Shown here piece after piece: positions 40,474-49,907 of a stretch of 64,000 nt of DNA; the stretch's first letter is position 1; the number at the start of each line of letters is the position of its first letter. Position numbers and translations under genes: made by a program. The DNA lies in contig MTMD02000002.1 of assembly GCA_002010065.2 (NCBI GenBank), forward strand, positions 192,001-256,000. Direction: 5' to 3'. The notes beneath the pieces are model-generated. The model worked only from the letters and a program-made list of their open reading frames with translations. It searched no databases and was not told the DNA's origin. Source of the stretch: Candidatus Pyrohabitans jungbluthii (GTDB lineage: Archaea > Hydrothermarchaeota > Hydrothermarchaeia > Hydrothermarchaeales > BMS3B).

Positions 40474-41697
40474 TTGGGACTGCCCACACTGGATGGAGCA
40501 AAGCTACAAGACAAGCGCGTCTTGATGCGCATCGACATAAACTCGCCAATTGAGCCGAGCACCGGTGCAATCCTCGACGACACAAGGATAAGGAGTCACA
40601 TCGCAACCATAGAAGAGCTTTCACATGCGAAGCTGGTTCTGCTTGCCCACCAGAGCCGTCCGGGACTTGAGGATTTCACTACACTAGAGGCACACTCGCA
40701 GCGCCTCGCGAAGCTTCTGGGCAAGGAGGTGCGCTACATTGATGACGTCTTTGGTAAAGCTGCGAGGGAGGAGATATTCCGCCTGAAGAGCGGCGAGGTG
40801 CTCATGCTGGAGAACGTTCGCTTCTGCAGTGAGGAGGTGGCAGAGGAGGTTAAATCAAAGCCTCCGGAAGCTCAGGCGAAGACAAACTTAGTGAGGAAGC
40901 TTTCCTCATACGTTGACGCGTACGTCAACGATGCCTTCGCAGTTGCGCACCGCTCGCAGCCAAGCGTTGTTGCCTTTCCAGTGGTTCTCCCCAGCTATGC
41001 TGGAAGGCTCCTCGAAAAAGAGGTGGAAAATCTGAGCAGGGTTTTGAAGAGTGACGCTGAGCCCAAGGTTTTCAGCTTTGGCGGAGCCAAGGCGAAAGAC
41101 TCCTTGAAGGTTATGGAGAAGCTTTTGAGTCGTGGCATAGCTGATATTATACTCACCTCAGGAATGGTCGCGAATGTGTTTCTCCTCGCGCAGGGTAAGG
41201 ACATAGGCGAGGTTAATCTTAGGGTGGTGAAGGAGAGGGGATTTGACACGCTTGTAGAGAAGGCAAAGAAGCTTCTGGAAAAGTACGGGGAGAAGATTCA
41301 GGTTCCAACAGACCTGGCTTTTAAAAGAGACGGCTCACGGGCAGAGACGAGCGTTGACAATCTCCCCAATCAGAAGATTATGGACATAGGCATCGATACC
41401 ATCGCAAGATATACGAAAATAATCGAAAACGCTGCCATAGTGGCTGCCAACGGTCCGGCAGGGGTTTTTGAGATAAAGGAGTTTGCCCTGGGAAGCCAGG
41501 AGCTACTGAAAGCTATGGCGAGGTGCAAGGGCTTTACAGTAATAGGCGGGGGACACCTCGCTGCTATAGCAGCGAAGCAGGGGCTGAGGGAAAAGATATC
41601 CTTCATAAGCACCGGCGGCAAGGCGATGCTTCTCTTCTTAGCTGGAGAAAAGCTCCCTGGTATAGAAGTGCTCAGGGAAGCGAGGGGCTATGACTAG
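40474..41697 (+). CDS. pgk: Phosphoglycerate kinase
   Basis: R.DINSP, AHQSRP, LENVRF, NDAF..AHR, GGAK, NGPAGVFE, GGGH and STGG motifs. Confidence 0.97.
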   Translation: MGLPTLDGAKLQDKRVLMRIDINSPIEPSTGAILDDTRIRSHIATIEELSHAKLVLLAHQSRPGLEDFTTLEAHSQRLAKLLGKEVRYIDDVFGKAAREEIFRLKSGEVLMLENVRFCSEEVAEEVKSKPPEAQAKTNLVRKLSSYVDAYVNDAFAVAHRSQPSVVAFPVVLPSYAGRLLEKEVENLSRVLKSDAEPKVFSFGGAKAKDSLKVMEKLLSRGIADIILTSGMVANVFLLAQGKDIGEVNLRVVKERGFDTLVEKAKKLLEKYGEKIQVPTDLAFKRDGSRAETSVDNLPNQKIMDIGIDTIARYTKIIENAAIVAANGPAGVFEIKEFALGSQELLKAMARCKGFTVIGGGHLAAIAAKQGLREKISFISTGGKAMLLFLAGEKLPGIEVLREARGYD

Positions 41698-42451
41698 GGT
41701 AATAGTGGTGGCCTCCGGTAAAGGTGGAGTGGGTAAAACCACGATAGCCGCGAATTTGGCGGTAGCGTTGAGCATGTTCGGGAAGCGCGTAGCCGTGCTT
41801 GACGCAGATGTGGTGATGGCAAACTTGGAGATAATTCTCGGGCTTAAAAATCCGCCGGTTGCGCTTATAGACGTGTTGAAGGGGAGGCTGGAAATCAGCG
41901 ATGTTATGTATGAAGGACCTGAAGGGGTTAAGATAATCCCTGCCGGCATAACCCTTGATGGCTTCAACGAAGAGAACATGGAGATGCTCAAGGCAGCGTT
42001 GCGCGAGATACCCAGGGACATAGAGATACTGGTGATAGACGCCCCCGCGGGTAGAGACGCTGCCATGGTCATGGACGAAGGGCAGGAGGTCATAATAGTA
42101 ACCACGCCTCAGGTTTCAAGCGTCTCCGACGCGCTCAAGATGAAGCTCCTGGCAGAACGTATGGGTGCGCGTACCATAGGGGCAATAATGAACATGGTCG
42201 AGGGCAAGCCTCGGGAACTCAGCGTGCAGGAGATTGAGAACACCCTGGATACAAACGTCATAGCAATTGTACCAGAGGACGAGGTGGTAAAGGAGGCTCT
42301 TGCCTATGAGGAACCCTTTGTGCTCAGGTACCCCTACTCTGAGCCGACGAGGGAGATAATGAAACTTGCCGCAGGTTTAATAGGTAGAAACTACTCGCCT
42401 CCGCAGCCCTCGCTGCTGGAGAGGCTAATAAACTTCCTGAGAAGGCGTTAG
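41690..42451 (+). CDS. minD: MinD-family ATPase with C-terminal amphipathic helix
   Basis: [13 protein letters not shown]...ANL and IDAPAG motifs; tail [13 protein letters not shown]. Confidence 0.88.
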   Translation: MTRVIVVASGKGGVGKTTIAANLAVALSMFGKRVAVLDADVVMANLEIILGLKNPPVALIDVLKGRLEISDVMYEGPEGVKIIPAGITLDGFNEENMEMLKAALREIPRDIEILVIDAPAGRDAAMVMDEGQEVIIVTTPQVSSVSDALKMKLLAERMGARTIGAIMNMVEGKPRELSVQEIENTLDTNVIAIVPEDEVVKEALAYEEPFVLRYPYSEPTREIMKLAAGLIGRNYSPPQPSLLERLINFLRRR

Positions 42452-42636
42452 CTTCCCTTCTCCTTTATCTTCAGCAACCTGCTCTTTAACTTATTGAGCT
42501 CCTCCTGTGAGAGTTGCACCCCACCTTTAATCTCTCTGATTTCCTCTTTGAGATATTTAACCCTGAAAAGGAGCAGTACGTTGAATATAACACTTATAAA
42601 AAGCAGAATGTAGATTACAAGATAAATCCCCATCAA
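42448..42636 (-). CDS. Small single-TM coiled-coil protein
   Basis: N-terminal TM helix followed by a heptad-rich tail; overlaps the stop of the second minD. Confidence 0.7.
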   Translation of the reverse strand: MMGIYLVIYILLFISVIFNVLLLFRVKYLKEEIREIKGGVQLSQEELNKLKSRLLKIKEKGS

Positions 42637-43412
42637 ACTCCCCCAAAGAGACCGTTTATCAGGCGCTTCATGAAACTCCTCTTCTTGGGAGTAGGAGGTA
42701 CGTACTTTTCTCCAATTAAATCTGCCGCAAGCTTCTTTATAGCAATCGACGCAGGTGAATCTGGTCTTCGAAGGATTACCGGCTGACCATAGGCGGTGCT
42801 TCTTCTCACCTCGGTGTCTTCCGGAATAGCTGCCAGCACGCGGGTCTCAAGTATCACCTCCACCTCCTGTAATGTCAGGTCGCTCCTGTCAAAGCCCACG
42901 CGGTTGAGCACCGCGCCGAGCACATTGCAACCCAGCTTTTTTGCAACTATCCTAGTCTTGAGAGCATCGCTCATGGAGGAAATCTCGGGGTTGGCTACCA
43001 GCAGGAGTTGCTCTCCCGCAGCAAGGGCTGTGACCACGGGCCTACCAAGCCCTGCAGGAGCATCTATAAGGAGGATTTCTGTTTCGCCCAGAACCTTGGT
43101 GAGCACAGCCTCAAGCCTCTCGGGGTCTGCCTTGCGCAGCCCGTCTAAGCTTATGCCTGCAGGCACAACTTTAACACCTGCCGGCCCCTCGTAAATCGCC
43201 TGAGAAACATCCGCTTCCCCTGCAAGCACGTCATGGAGGGTGACATTCATTCCCTCCATGCCAAGATGGAGTTCAAGATTCGCCATCTCTATATCGGCAT
43301 CTAAAATGGTCACATCCCTGCCAAACTGGGCAAGGGCAATGCCAAGGTTGCTCGTAAGCATTGTCTTTCCAACGCCGCCTTTTCCTGAGGCTATGGTAAT
43401 AGAAACTCCCAT
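42633..43412 (-). CDS. minD: MinD-family ATPase with C-terminal amphipathic helix
   Basis: [18 protein letters not shown] and DAPAGL motifs; tail [13 protein letters not shown]. Confidence 0.92.
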   Translation of the reverse strand: MGVSITIASGKGGVGKTMLTSNLGIALAQFGRDVTILDADIEMANLELHLGMEGMNVTLHDVLAGEADVSQAIYEGPAGVKVVPAGISLDGLRKADPERLEAVLTKVLGETEILLIDAPAGLGRPVVTALAAGEQLLLVANPEISSMSDALKTRIVAKKLGCNVLGAVLNRVGFDRSDLTLQEVEVILETRVLAAIPEDTEVRRSTAYGQPVILRRPDSPASIAIKKLAADLIGEKYVPPTPKKRSFMKRLINGLFGGV

Positions 43413-43487
43413 ATAAGCATCAACCTTCTTAGATTATATTCTATTACCTTTGCATACTTTTAAAAAGTTTTCCTAAGAAACCATTAT

Positions 43488-44351
43488 TTACCGGAGCACC
43501 TCCTTCAGAAGTTCCGGAATCTCCTGGGGAATCCTCGCCACCCTAGCTCCACTCTTCTCAAGTGCCTGAATCTTGCCTTCGGCGGTGCCTTTGCCTCTAG
43601 AGATTATTGCCCCTGCATGCCCCATGCGCTTTCCAGGTGGTGCTGTTAGGCCCGCGACGTAGCCAATGACTGGCTTGCTCATAGTCTTTATAAACTCAGC
43701 GGCGCGTTCCTCGGCGTCGCCACCAATTTCACCTATCAGCACGACGGCGCTGGTTTCCTCATCCTCCTCAAACATCTGTAGGACTTCCACAAAGCTGGTA
43801 CCCACGACTGGGTCGCCGCCTATACCCACGAGGGTGCTCTGCCCATAACCGGCTTCGGTTATCGCGAGGGCTATTTCATAAGCTAAGGTACCGCTGCGCG
43901 AGACCACGCCCACGTTTCCTTGCGTGAACACCTGCGCTGGCATTATGCCCAGCTTGCTTTTCCCTGGCGAAATTATGCCTGCGGTGTTTGGGCCAATAAC
44001 GCGGCTTCCGCAGCGCTCCGCGTAAGCTTTGATCTTCATTGAATCGTGCACTGGTATGCCCTCGGTAATTATCACCACAAGCTCCAGGTTTTCAACCGCC
44101 TCAAGAGCGGCGTCCATAGCAAAGGGCGCAGGAACGAAGATTATTGAAGCGTTGGCGTCATGGTGGCGAAGCGCCTCCTTCACAGAGTCGTATACGGGCA
44201 CACCATGGACCTCGCTACCCCCTTTGCCGGGGGTTACCCCTGCGACTATCTTGGTGCCGTATTCCAGCATCAGCTTTGTGTGGAAGCTCCCCTGCGAGCC
44301 TGTAATCCCCTGCACTATAGCTCGAGTGTTTTCATCGATGAGGATGCTCAC
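43488..44351 (-). CDS. sucD: Succinyl-CoA synthetase alpha subunit
   Basis: [24 protein letters not shown] and RMGHAGA (phospho-His) motifs. Confidence 0.95.
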   Translation of the reverse strand: MSILIDENTRAIVQGITGSQGSFHTKLMLEYGTKIVAGVTPGKGGSEVHGVPVYDSVKEALRHHDANASIIFVPAPFAMDAALEAVENLELVVIITEGIPVHDSMKIKAYAERCGSRVIGPNTAGIISPGKSKLGIMPAQVFTQGNVGVVSRSGTLAYEIALAITEAGYGQSTLVGIGGDPVVGTSFVEVLQMFEEDEETSAVVLIGEIGGDAEERAAEFIKTMSKPVIGYVAGLTAPPGKRMGHAGAIISRGKGTAEGKIQALEKSGARVARIPQEIPELLKEVLR

Positions 44352-45436
44352 CTTCCCGCCTCCTTGCTCTTCTCAATCGCCAGCTTTGCGGCGGCGATCA
44401 TATCCCTCTCAACCCCTATTCCAGCGTCGCGTAGCAGCGCTATGCCTTCCTCTTCGTTTGTTCCGCGGAAGCGCACCACAAGCGGCAAGGCAATGCCCTG
44501 CCTCGCTGCAAGAATGCCTCTCGCAATCTCGTCACAGCGGGTGATGCCGCCCAAGATGTTTATGAATATCACCTTAACCTTGGGGTGTGCCGCCACCCTC
44601 AGCAAAGCTTCTCGCATTACCTCGCTTCCGGCTCCACCTCCTATGTCTAGGAAGTTTGCCGGCTCTCCCCCGAGGTGCTTGAGCGTGTCCATCGTAGACA
44701 TCGCCAGTCCAGCGCCATTAACTATACACCCTATGCTCCCATCGAGCTCCACGTAGGGCAAACCCCGAGCTTTCTTCTCAAAATCCTGCCTGAAGAGTGC
44801 ATCCTCGTCTATAACAATCTTGGCGTCTGCTGCAAACACACCTTCTTCAGCTATAACTAAGGGGTTAATCTCCGCCAGCTGGGCGTCTTTCTCAGAAAAG
44901 ACGCGGTAGAGCTTTAAAAGCACATCGCTTACCTTCTTAAAGCTCTCTGAGTCCAAGCCAAGCCCAGAAGCAAGCTCCCGAGCCATGTATGGATAAAACC
45001 CCACAAAGGAGTCAACGTGACGGGAGAATATCTTCTCAGGCGAGCGCTCTGCTACCTCCTCTATATCAACGCCTCCCTCGCCGCTCACCATGAAAACCGC
45101 CTTGCCCTCTGCCCTATCGATGGTTATCCCCGCGTATATCTCCCTGCGGATGCCCAGCTTCTGCTCCACCAGCACCTTTTCAACCTTGAAGCCCTTGAGC
45201 TTCATGGAGAGCAGATCTTTTGCCAGCCTGGCAGCCTCCTTAGGGGTATCTGCAAACTTTACCCCGCCTGCCTTTCCTCTACCTCCAGCGAGCACCTGAG
45301 CCTTGAGTACCACGCTTGTGCCCAGCTTCTCTGCTATCCTCCTGGCTTCCTCTGGCGAGGAGGCAACCTCACCTCGTGGCACGGGTATGCCATAGCGCGC
45401 AAAAATTTCCTTTCCCTGATATTCATAGAGGTTCAT
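44348..45436 (-). CDS. sucC: Succinyl-CoA synthetase beta subunit
   Basis: [32 protein letters not shown] and ANFLDIGGG motifs. Confidence 0.95.
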   Translation of the reverse strand: MNLYEYQGKEIFARYGIPVPRGEVASSPEEARRIAEKLGTSVVLKAQVLAGGRGKAGGVKFADTPKEAARLAKDLLSMKLKGFKVEKVLVEQKLGIRREIYAGITIDRAEGKAVFMVSGEGGVDIEEVAERSPEKIFSRHVDSFVGFYPYMARELASGLGLDSESFKKVSDVLLKLYRVFSEKDAQLAEINPLVIAEEGVFAADAKIVIDEDALFRQDFEKKARGLPYVELDGSIGCIVNGAGLAMSTMDTLKHLGGEPANFLDIGGGAGSEVMREALLRVAAHPKVKVIFINILGGITRCDEIARGILAARQGIALPLVVRFRGTNEEEGIALLRDAGIGVERDMIAAAKLAIEKSKEAGR

Positions 45437-45543
45437 AGCCCAGCCTCGCTCATAGTAATCGCAAAGGAAATATAAAAATATTCTCCGATAGTTTTTATAA
45501 CTTATAGTTTTTATTTATAACTTGAGGAGGAAAGTAGAGGAGG

Positions 45544-46080
45544 ATGAAGAACCTGCGTCCTAGCTGGGAGGCTGCAAACCTGTATTCAGGTCAGCGCGTC
45601 GGCATCTTTGTTGATGTGCAGAACCTGTACTACTCCGCGAGGGCACTCTACGGCTCCAAGGTCAACTTTAAGGAGATTCTCAGGGAGGCGGTGCGGGGCA
45701 GGAGCTTAATAAGGGCGATAGCCTACGTGATACGCGCTGGAATAGAGGAGGAGCAGTCCTTCTTCGATGTGCTCCAGAACATGGGTTATGAGGTCAAGGC
45801 TAAGGACCTGCAGGTATTTCCGGGAGGTCACAAGAAGGGCGATTGGGACATAGGAATAGCTATGGATGCAATAGAGCTTGCACCGAAGCTGGACGTGATT
45901 GTTCTTGTAAGCGGCGATGGCGATTTTACCCCGCTGGTGGAGCACCTGCGCCGCGCCCTTGGGTGTCGAGTTGAGGTCATGGCCTTTGGCAGAAGCTGCT
46001 CCTCCAAGCTAATTCAAGCGGCAGACGAGTTCATTGATTTAGACCGCGAGCCTGAGAGGTTCCTGCTGGGGAGGCCCTGA
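45544..46080 (+). CDS. NYN/LabA-DUF88 domain protein
   Basis: FVDVQN, K.DWD..IAMD and LVSGDGDF motifs. Confidence 0.9.
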   Translation: MKNLRPSWEAANLYSGQRVGIFVDVQNLYYSARALYGSKVNFKEILREAVRGRSLIRAIAYVIRAGIEEEQSFFDVLQNMGYEVKAKDLQVFPGGHKKGDWDIGIAMDAIELAPKLDVIVLVSGDGDFTPLVEHLRRALGCRVEVMAFGRSCSSKLIQAADEFIDLDREPERFLLGRP

Positions 46081-46104
46081 AAAGCGAGAAACCTTTATAT
46101 CGCT

Positions 46105-47676
46105 ATGCAGAGAGTATCCCTCATGCGCATGTGGAACAGCAAGAAGCTCGCGAAGCTTGCCAGAAAGGACTTTGAAAAAGCATGGGAAGAGACGGCGAAG
46201 CTTATTCCTCAGCAAGGTGTGGGTGCCACCTACGAGGGTGTTGCTAGGGGGAAGCCCCACATACTCTTCGAGACGATTCAGAAGCTGCGTGAAGCCTACC
46301 TCAGCCTCGGGTTTGAGGAGGTGGTCAACCCCATATTCATTGAAGATAAGGAGGTCAAGCGCCAGTTTGGGCCAGAGGCTCTTGCAGTGCTCGATCGCTG
46401 CTTTTACCTCGCAGGTTTGCCCCGCCCTGATGTAGGGCTTAGCGAGGAGAAGCTTTCAAAGCTCCGCTCGCTTGGGGTTGAGGTGGAGGATAAGGAGAAG
46501 CTTCAGCAGCTGCTGCACGGCTACAAGAAGGGCGAGTTCGGGGGAGACGATTTAATATACAAGCTTTCCAGTGCCCTGGGCATAGACGACGCCCTTGCTA
46601 CTAAAGTACTGGAGGAGGTTTTCCCAGAGTTTAAGGAGCTCAAACCAGAGGCGACGACGCTCACGCTGCGCAGCCACATGACCAGCGGGTGGTTTTTAAC
46701 CCTTGCTTCCCTTTACGGCAGGCGAAAGCTGCCCTTAAAGCTCTTCTCAATAGATAGGTGCTTCCGCAGGGAGCAACAGGAGGATAAGACCCACCTGAGG
46801 AGCCATTTCTCTGCAAGCTGCGTTGTTATGGGCGAGAAGGTGAGCGTTGACGACGGTAAAGCCGTGGCTAAAGCTCTGCTCTCCCGCTTCGGCTTCACAG
46901 AGTTTGAGTTTCGTCCCGACGAGAAGCGCTCCAAGTACTACACCCCGGGCACGCAGACAGAGGTGTACGCTTACCACCCCAAGGTGGGCTGGGTGGAGAT
47001 AGCCACCTTCGGCATCTACTCGCCAGTGGCGCTTTCCCGCTACAAGATAGAAGTTCCTGTGATGAATTTGGGCATGGGCGTGGAGCGCCTTGCCATGGTT
47101 CTCTCAGGCAGTAGCGATGTGCGCGAGCTGGTGTATCCCCAGTTCTACGCAGAGTGGCACCTGAGCGATGAAGAGCTTGCGGATATGATTTACGTAAAGC
47201 GCACACCGGGGAGCGAGGAAGGGGAAAAACTTGCGAAGGCAATCGCTATGATAGCGCGGGAGAAGGCAGCCTCGCCATCGCCGTGCGAATTCGTCGCCTA
47301 TGAAGGCGAGTTGCTTGGTAGGCATGTCAAGGTGAAGCTGGTGGAACGAGAGGAGAACACAAAGCTCCTCGGTCCTGCGGCGCTGAACAAGGTGGTTGTA
47401 GCCGAGGGAAATATACTGGGAGTGCCTCCTGAGGAGGAAAAGGGTGTGGAGAGGATAACCTACCTGCAAGCAATTGCTCTTCTCGCGGCTGCGAAGATTG
47501 AAGAGGCGGCGAAGGCGGGAAAGCGCTTCGCCAGGGTGCGCGTGGGGATGGCAAAGAGCCTAGGGGACATAAACCTAACTCTGGACGAAGTCGCCAGGCG
47601 GTACATCACCTCAAAGGAAAAGCGCATCGAGGTGGGCGGACCAGTGTTCATGACCATAGAGGCAAGCTTTGAGTAG
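46105..47676 (+). CDS. sepS: O-phosphoseryl-tRNA(Cys) synthetase
   Basis: QFGPEALAVLDRCFYL.GLPRP, LRSHMTSGWF, DRCFRREQ, KRSKYY and GVERLAM motifs; exact start uncertain by a few codons. Confidence 0.96.
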   Translation: MQRVSLMRMWNSKKLAKLARKDFEKAWEETAKLIPQQGVGATYEGVARGKPHILFETIQKLREAYLSLGFEEVVNPIFIEDKEVKRQFGPEALAVLDRCFYLAGLPRPDVGLSEEKLSKLRSLGVEVEDKEKLQQLLHGYKKGEFGGDDLIYKLSSALGIDDALATKVLEEVFPEFKELKPEATTLTLRSHMTSGWFLTLASLYGRRKLPLKLFSIDRCFRREQQEDKTHLRSHFSASCVVMGEKVSVDDGKAVAKALLSRFGFTEFEFRPDEKRSKYYTPGTQTEVYAYHPKVGWVEIATFGIYSPVALSRYKIEVPVMNLGMGVERLAMVLSGSSDVRELVYPQFYAEWHLSDEELADMIYVKRTPGSEEGEKLAKAIAMIAREKAASPSPCEFVAYEGELLGRHVKVKLVEREENTKLLGPAALNKVVVAEGNILGVPPEEEKGVERITYLQAIALLAAAKIEEAAKAGKRFARVRVGMAKSLGDINLTLDEVARRYITSKEKRIEVGGPVFMTIEASFE

Positions 47677-47749
47677 TGTTACCTAATTCCGGTGAAGTGG
47701 TTATAACCGTCTACCTGGCTTTTGCCAAGCGGCGCCCTTCTCTGGGTTC

Positions 47750-47974
47750 GGATAGGGTAATCGGGGCGAGCACGGCGCCTCCTATATCGGCACGGAAGGG
47801 GTAATAGGGGCGGGGAAGGCGCCCCTATGGTTCCTATCTAGATGACGCTTGAATCTATGGTGGCAGGAGGTCTCGCAACTCTCTGCGAGAGTTGCTTCGA
47901 CTTCCCTCGCATACGCTCAGGAAGTAATAGTAACCCGCTGATGGTTACCCGGAAGCGAAGCTTCCGGCGTGACG
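47750..47974. repeat. Hairpin-mosaic intergenic repeat, copy 1 (degenerate A, A, then B)
   Basis: A = GGAAGGGGTAATAGGGGCGGGGAAGGCGCCCCTAT (47794-47828) with a degenerate tandem copy at 47750-47785; B = 47936-47974. Both match 56505-56605 exactly in reverse complement. Confidence 0.85.
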
Positions 47975-48018
47975 TAGTTCCTATCATTTTGACTCGTTAA
48001 GCTTCTTTTAAATATCCT

Positions 48019-48333
48019 GCGGGCTAGGCCGGGGGGTTCGGCGTCCCCTGTAACCTGAAATCGTCGATATGCAGGGGCCGAAGCTCCGGGGGCGGAACGC
48101 TCAACCCCGCGTTTCAGCCCGCGGCACGGTGATGAAGCGTCGTCCCGTAGGACCGGTGGTTCCCCAGCGTGTCTCGGAGGAGACGCGTCAAGGGGATTTG
48201 CCCGCTGAACCCCGTCAGGCTCGGAAGAGAGCAGCGGTAGGCGGGACATGCGGTGCTTACGGGGGTGCGGCGCCAAGCTCGAGCCGCGGTCAACTGGCGC
48301 GGGTGAGAGGTTCCCACCCCGGGGCGTGCCCGC
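48019..48333 (+). ncRNA. ffs: Archaeal signal recognition particle (7S) RNA
   Basis: 5' GGGCTAGGCCGGGGGGTTCGGCGTCCCCTGTAACC Alu-type start; GGAG-capped helix 6; helix 8 TCAGG..GGAA..AGCAG; terminal GCGGGC/GCCCGC pairing; T-run after. Confidence 0.93.
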
Positions 48334-48444
48334 TTTTTATTTATTGGTGATATCCTTTTTTTAATTTAAAAATTATTTGAAGACTTTTTGAATTAAAATT
48401 GAAAGCAAGGTTTATATTAAATGAGAACTAATAAAAAATTTTAT

Positions 48445-48834
48445 ATGGCGAGAATTCTCGTGGTTGACGACAACGAAGAGATAGCACACCTTGTGTCTAT
48501 CATATTAGCCCCTGAGGGTCATGAAGTTGAGGTTGCTCTGAGCGGGGAGGAATGTATTGAAAAACTAAAATCCTTTCGTCCAGACCTTATTTTAATGGAT
48601 TATTTCATGCCCGGCGGGGATGGGGTGAAGGTTTCAAAGTTAATAAAGAGTGATGAGAGGTTTAGAGATATCCCAATAATCCTCTTCACAATTATGAGCA
48701 TCGACGAAGGGTTGTATGAGGCTGTCGAAGAGGCTGGCGCAGTGGATTACATTCAGAAGCCCTTTAATATTAAAAAGATGGTGGGGAAAGTAAGGCGAGT
48801 GCTCTCAGCCACCGCCATGCTGCCTGCGGATTAG
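48445..48834 (+). CDS. Stand-alone response regulator receiver (CheY-like)
   Basis: ILVVDD, PDLILMD (phospho-Asp), FT and KPF motifs. Start ATG 48445. Confidence 0.9.
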   Translation: MARILVVDDNEEIAHLVSIILAPEGHEVEVALSGEECIEKLKSFRPDLILMDYFMPGGDGVKVSKLIKSDERFRDIPIILFTIMSIDEGLYEAVEEAGAVDYIQKPFNIKKMVGKVRRVLSATAMLPAD

Positions 48835-49643
48835 TATAGCATCCTCTCCTCTACCTCAGAAATTTTCCGCACGTACTCGATTTTTATGCCCTCAACCTCA
48901 ACGCTTTCGCTTCCAGCGGGCACGAGAACAACGCTTATCCCCGCATCTCTCGCAGCAATCGCCTTTTCTCTTATCTGTGCAACACTCCTAATTCTCCCAT
49001 CGCGTGTTATTCTGCCTGTGACAGCAACGCTCTGATTTATATTCTTCCCGAGCACGGCAGCTATTATTGAGATTGTCAGCGCAGCACCTGCGCTACTCCC
49101 GTAGAGATAGGTAGCTTCATCACCTGAGCTAATCCGGAATATTATGTCCTTATCGCTGAGGTTGACGCCGGTTCTGTCCTGTGCGACCTTTTTTGCCAGG
49201 AGCATTGTCTCCTGAATGGTGTTGTCCAGAATCACCTCCCCCTCTATTTCGTGGAGCACCCTCCCAGCGCCGTGTCTCACTTCAGTTTCCAGGAGAAGCA
49301 CTACGCCTGAGCCGTCTCTTACACCAAGAATGTAGGTTTTCGCGCTGCCGGTGCTGCGCAGCAGGTTCACCTCTTGCCTCAGCACCTGAATGCTATTGTT
49401 CAGAGCAGAAATTCTGTTTTCCGCTTCCTCCAGCCTTGCCTCAAGCTCAGCCTCTCTGACATCTCTCACAGCAAGTGATTCGGAAAGGTTTTTCTCAAGC
49501 AGGTGAATCTCCCGCTCGAGCATAGCAATCGTCTCAGCCTGAGCTTCAATTCTCTCGCCAGTTTTTACAATTGTATAGGCATCTATCAAATTAAGCAAGA
49601 GAAGAATAGAAAGCATGATATACAAAAACTTCTCCCGATTCAT
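48831..49643 (-). CDS. Membrane-anchored coiled-coil protein with Lon-type (S16) protease domain and no ATPase
   Basis: TM helix, heptad region, G.SAG (Ser), VTG.I..DG.I and REKA.AA (Lys) motifs. Start ATG 49643. Confidence 0.85.
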   Translation of the reverse strand: MNREKFLYIMLSILLLLNLIDAYTIVKTGERIEAQAETIAMLEREIHLLEKNLSESLAVRDVREAELEARLEEAENRISALNNSIQVLRQEVNLLRSTGSAKTYILGVRDGSGVVLLLETEVRHGAGRVLHEIEGEVILDNTIQETMLLAKKVAQDRTGVNLSDKDIIFRISSGDEATYLYGSSAGAALTISIIAAVLGKNINQSVAVTGRITRDGRIRSVAQIREKAIAARDAGISVVLVPAGSESVEVEGIKIEYVRKISEVEERMLY

Positions 49644-49691
49644 CTTATCCCCTGCAATAATAATAGTTAACCTCGATATGTTTTTGGCTAA

Positions 49692-49728
49692 GTTACCTGG
49701 AAGCCTCCGCTTCCGGCGTGACGAAGCG
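49692..49728. repeat. Hairpin-mosaic repeat, copy 3 (B block only)
   Basis: GTTACCTGGAAGCCTCCGCTTCCGGCGTGACGAAGCG: same stem and flank as the B block with a different loop; ends 3 bp before the tRNA. Confidence 0.75.
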
Positions 49729-49731
49729 TGA

Positions 49732-49814
49732 GTCGGGGTAGCCAAGCCTGGTATGGCGTCAGCCTGCTAAGCTGATGGGCTTTGCCCGCCGGGGTTCAAA
49801 TCCCCGCCCCGACG
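49732..49814 (+). tRNA. tRNA-Ser(GCT)
   Basis: Acceptor GTCGGGG/CCCCGAC, anticodon arm TCAGC-CTGCTAA-GCTGA, long variable arm, CGGGG-TTCAAAT-CCCCG T arm, G discriminator; CCA not encoded. Confidence 0.96.
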
Positions 49815-49907
49815 CTAATTCTTCTTCGCAAGAAAAGACGTCGACCTTAAAACATATTTGTATACGACCACGCAAAGATTATTGGAAACGTCGTTTTGAG
49901 CGGTATC

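Noticed and set aside
47731-47830. Tandem ~44-bp periodic units read as a mini-CRISPR array
   Set aside because: Only two convincing units, spacers of ~9 nt, degenerate GC-rich repeats, no leader and no cas genes in the window.
47917-48350. ORFs 47917-48276, 48069-48350 and 48114-48317
   Set aside because: They overlap the GC-rich SRP RNA and the repeat, and their translations are not protein-like.
49732-49907. tRNA-Ser as an integration site of a mobile element
   Set aside because: I found no duplicated tRNA 3' end and no integrase in the window.
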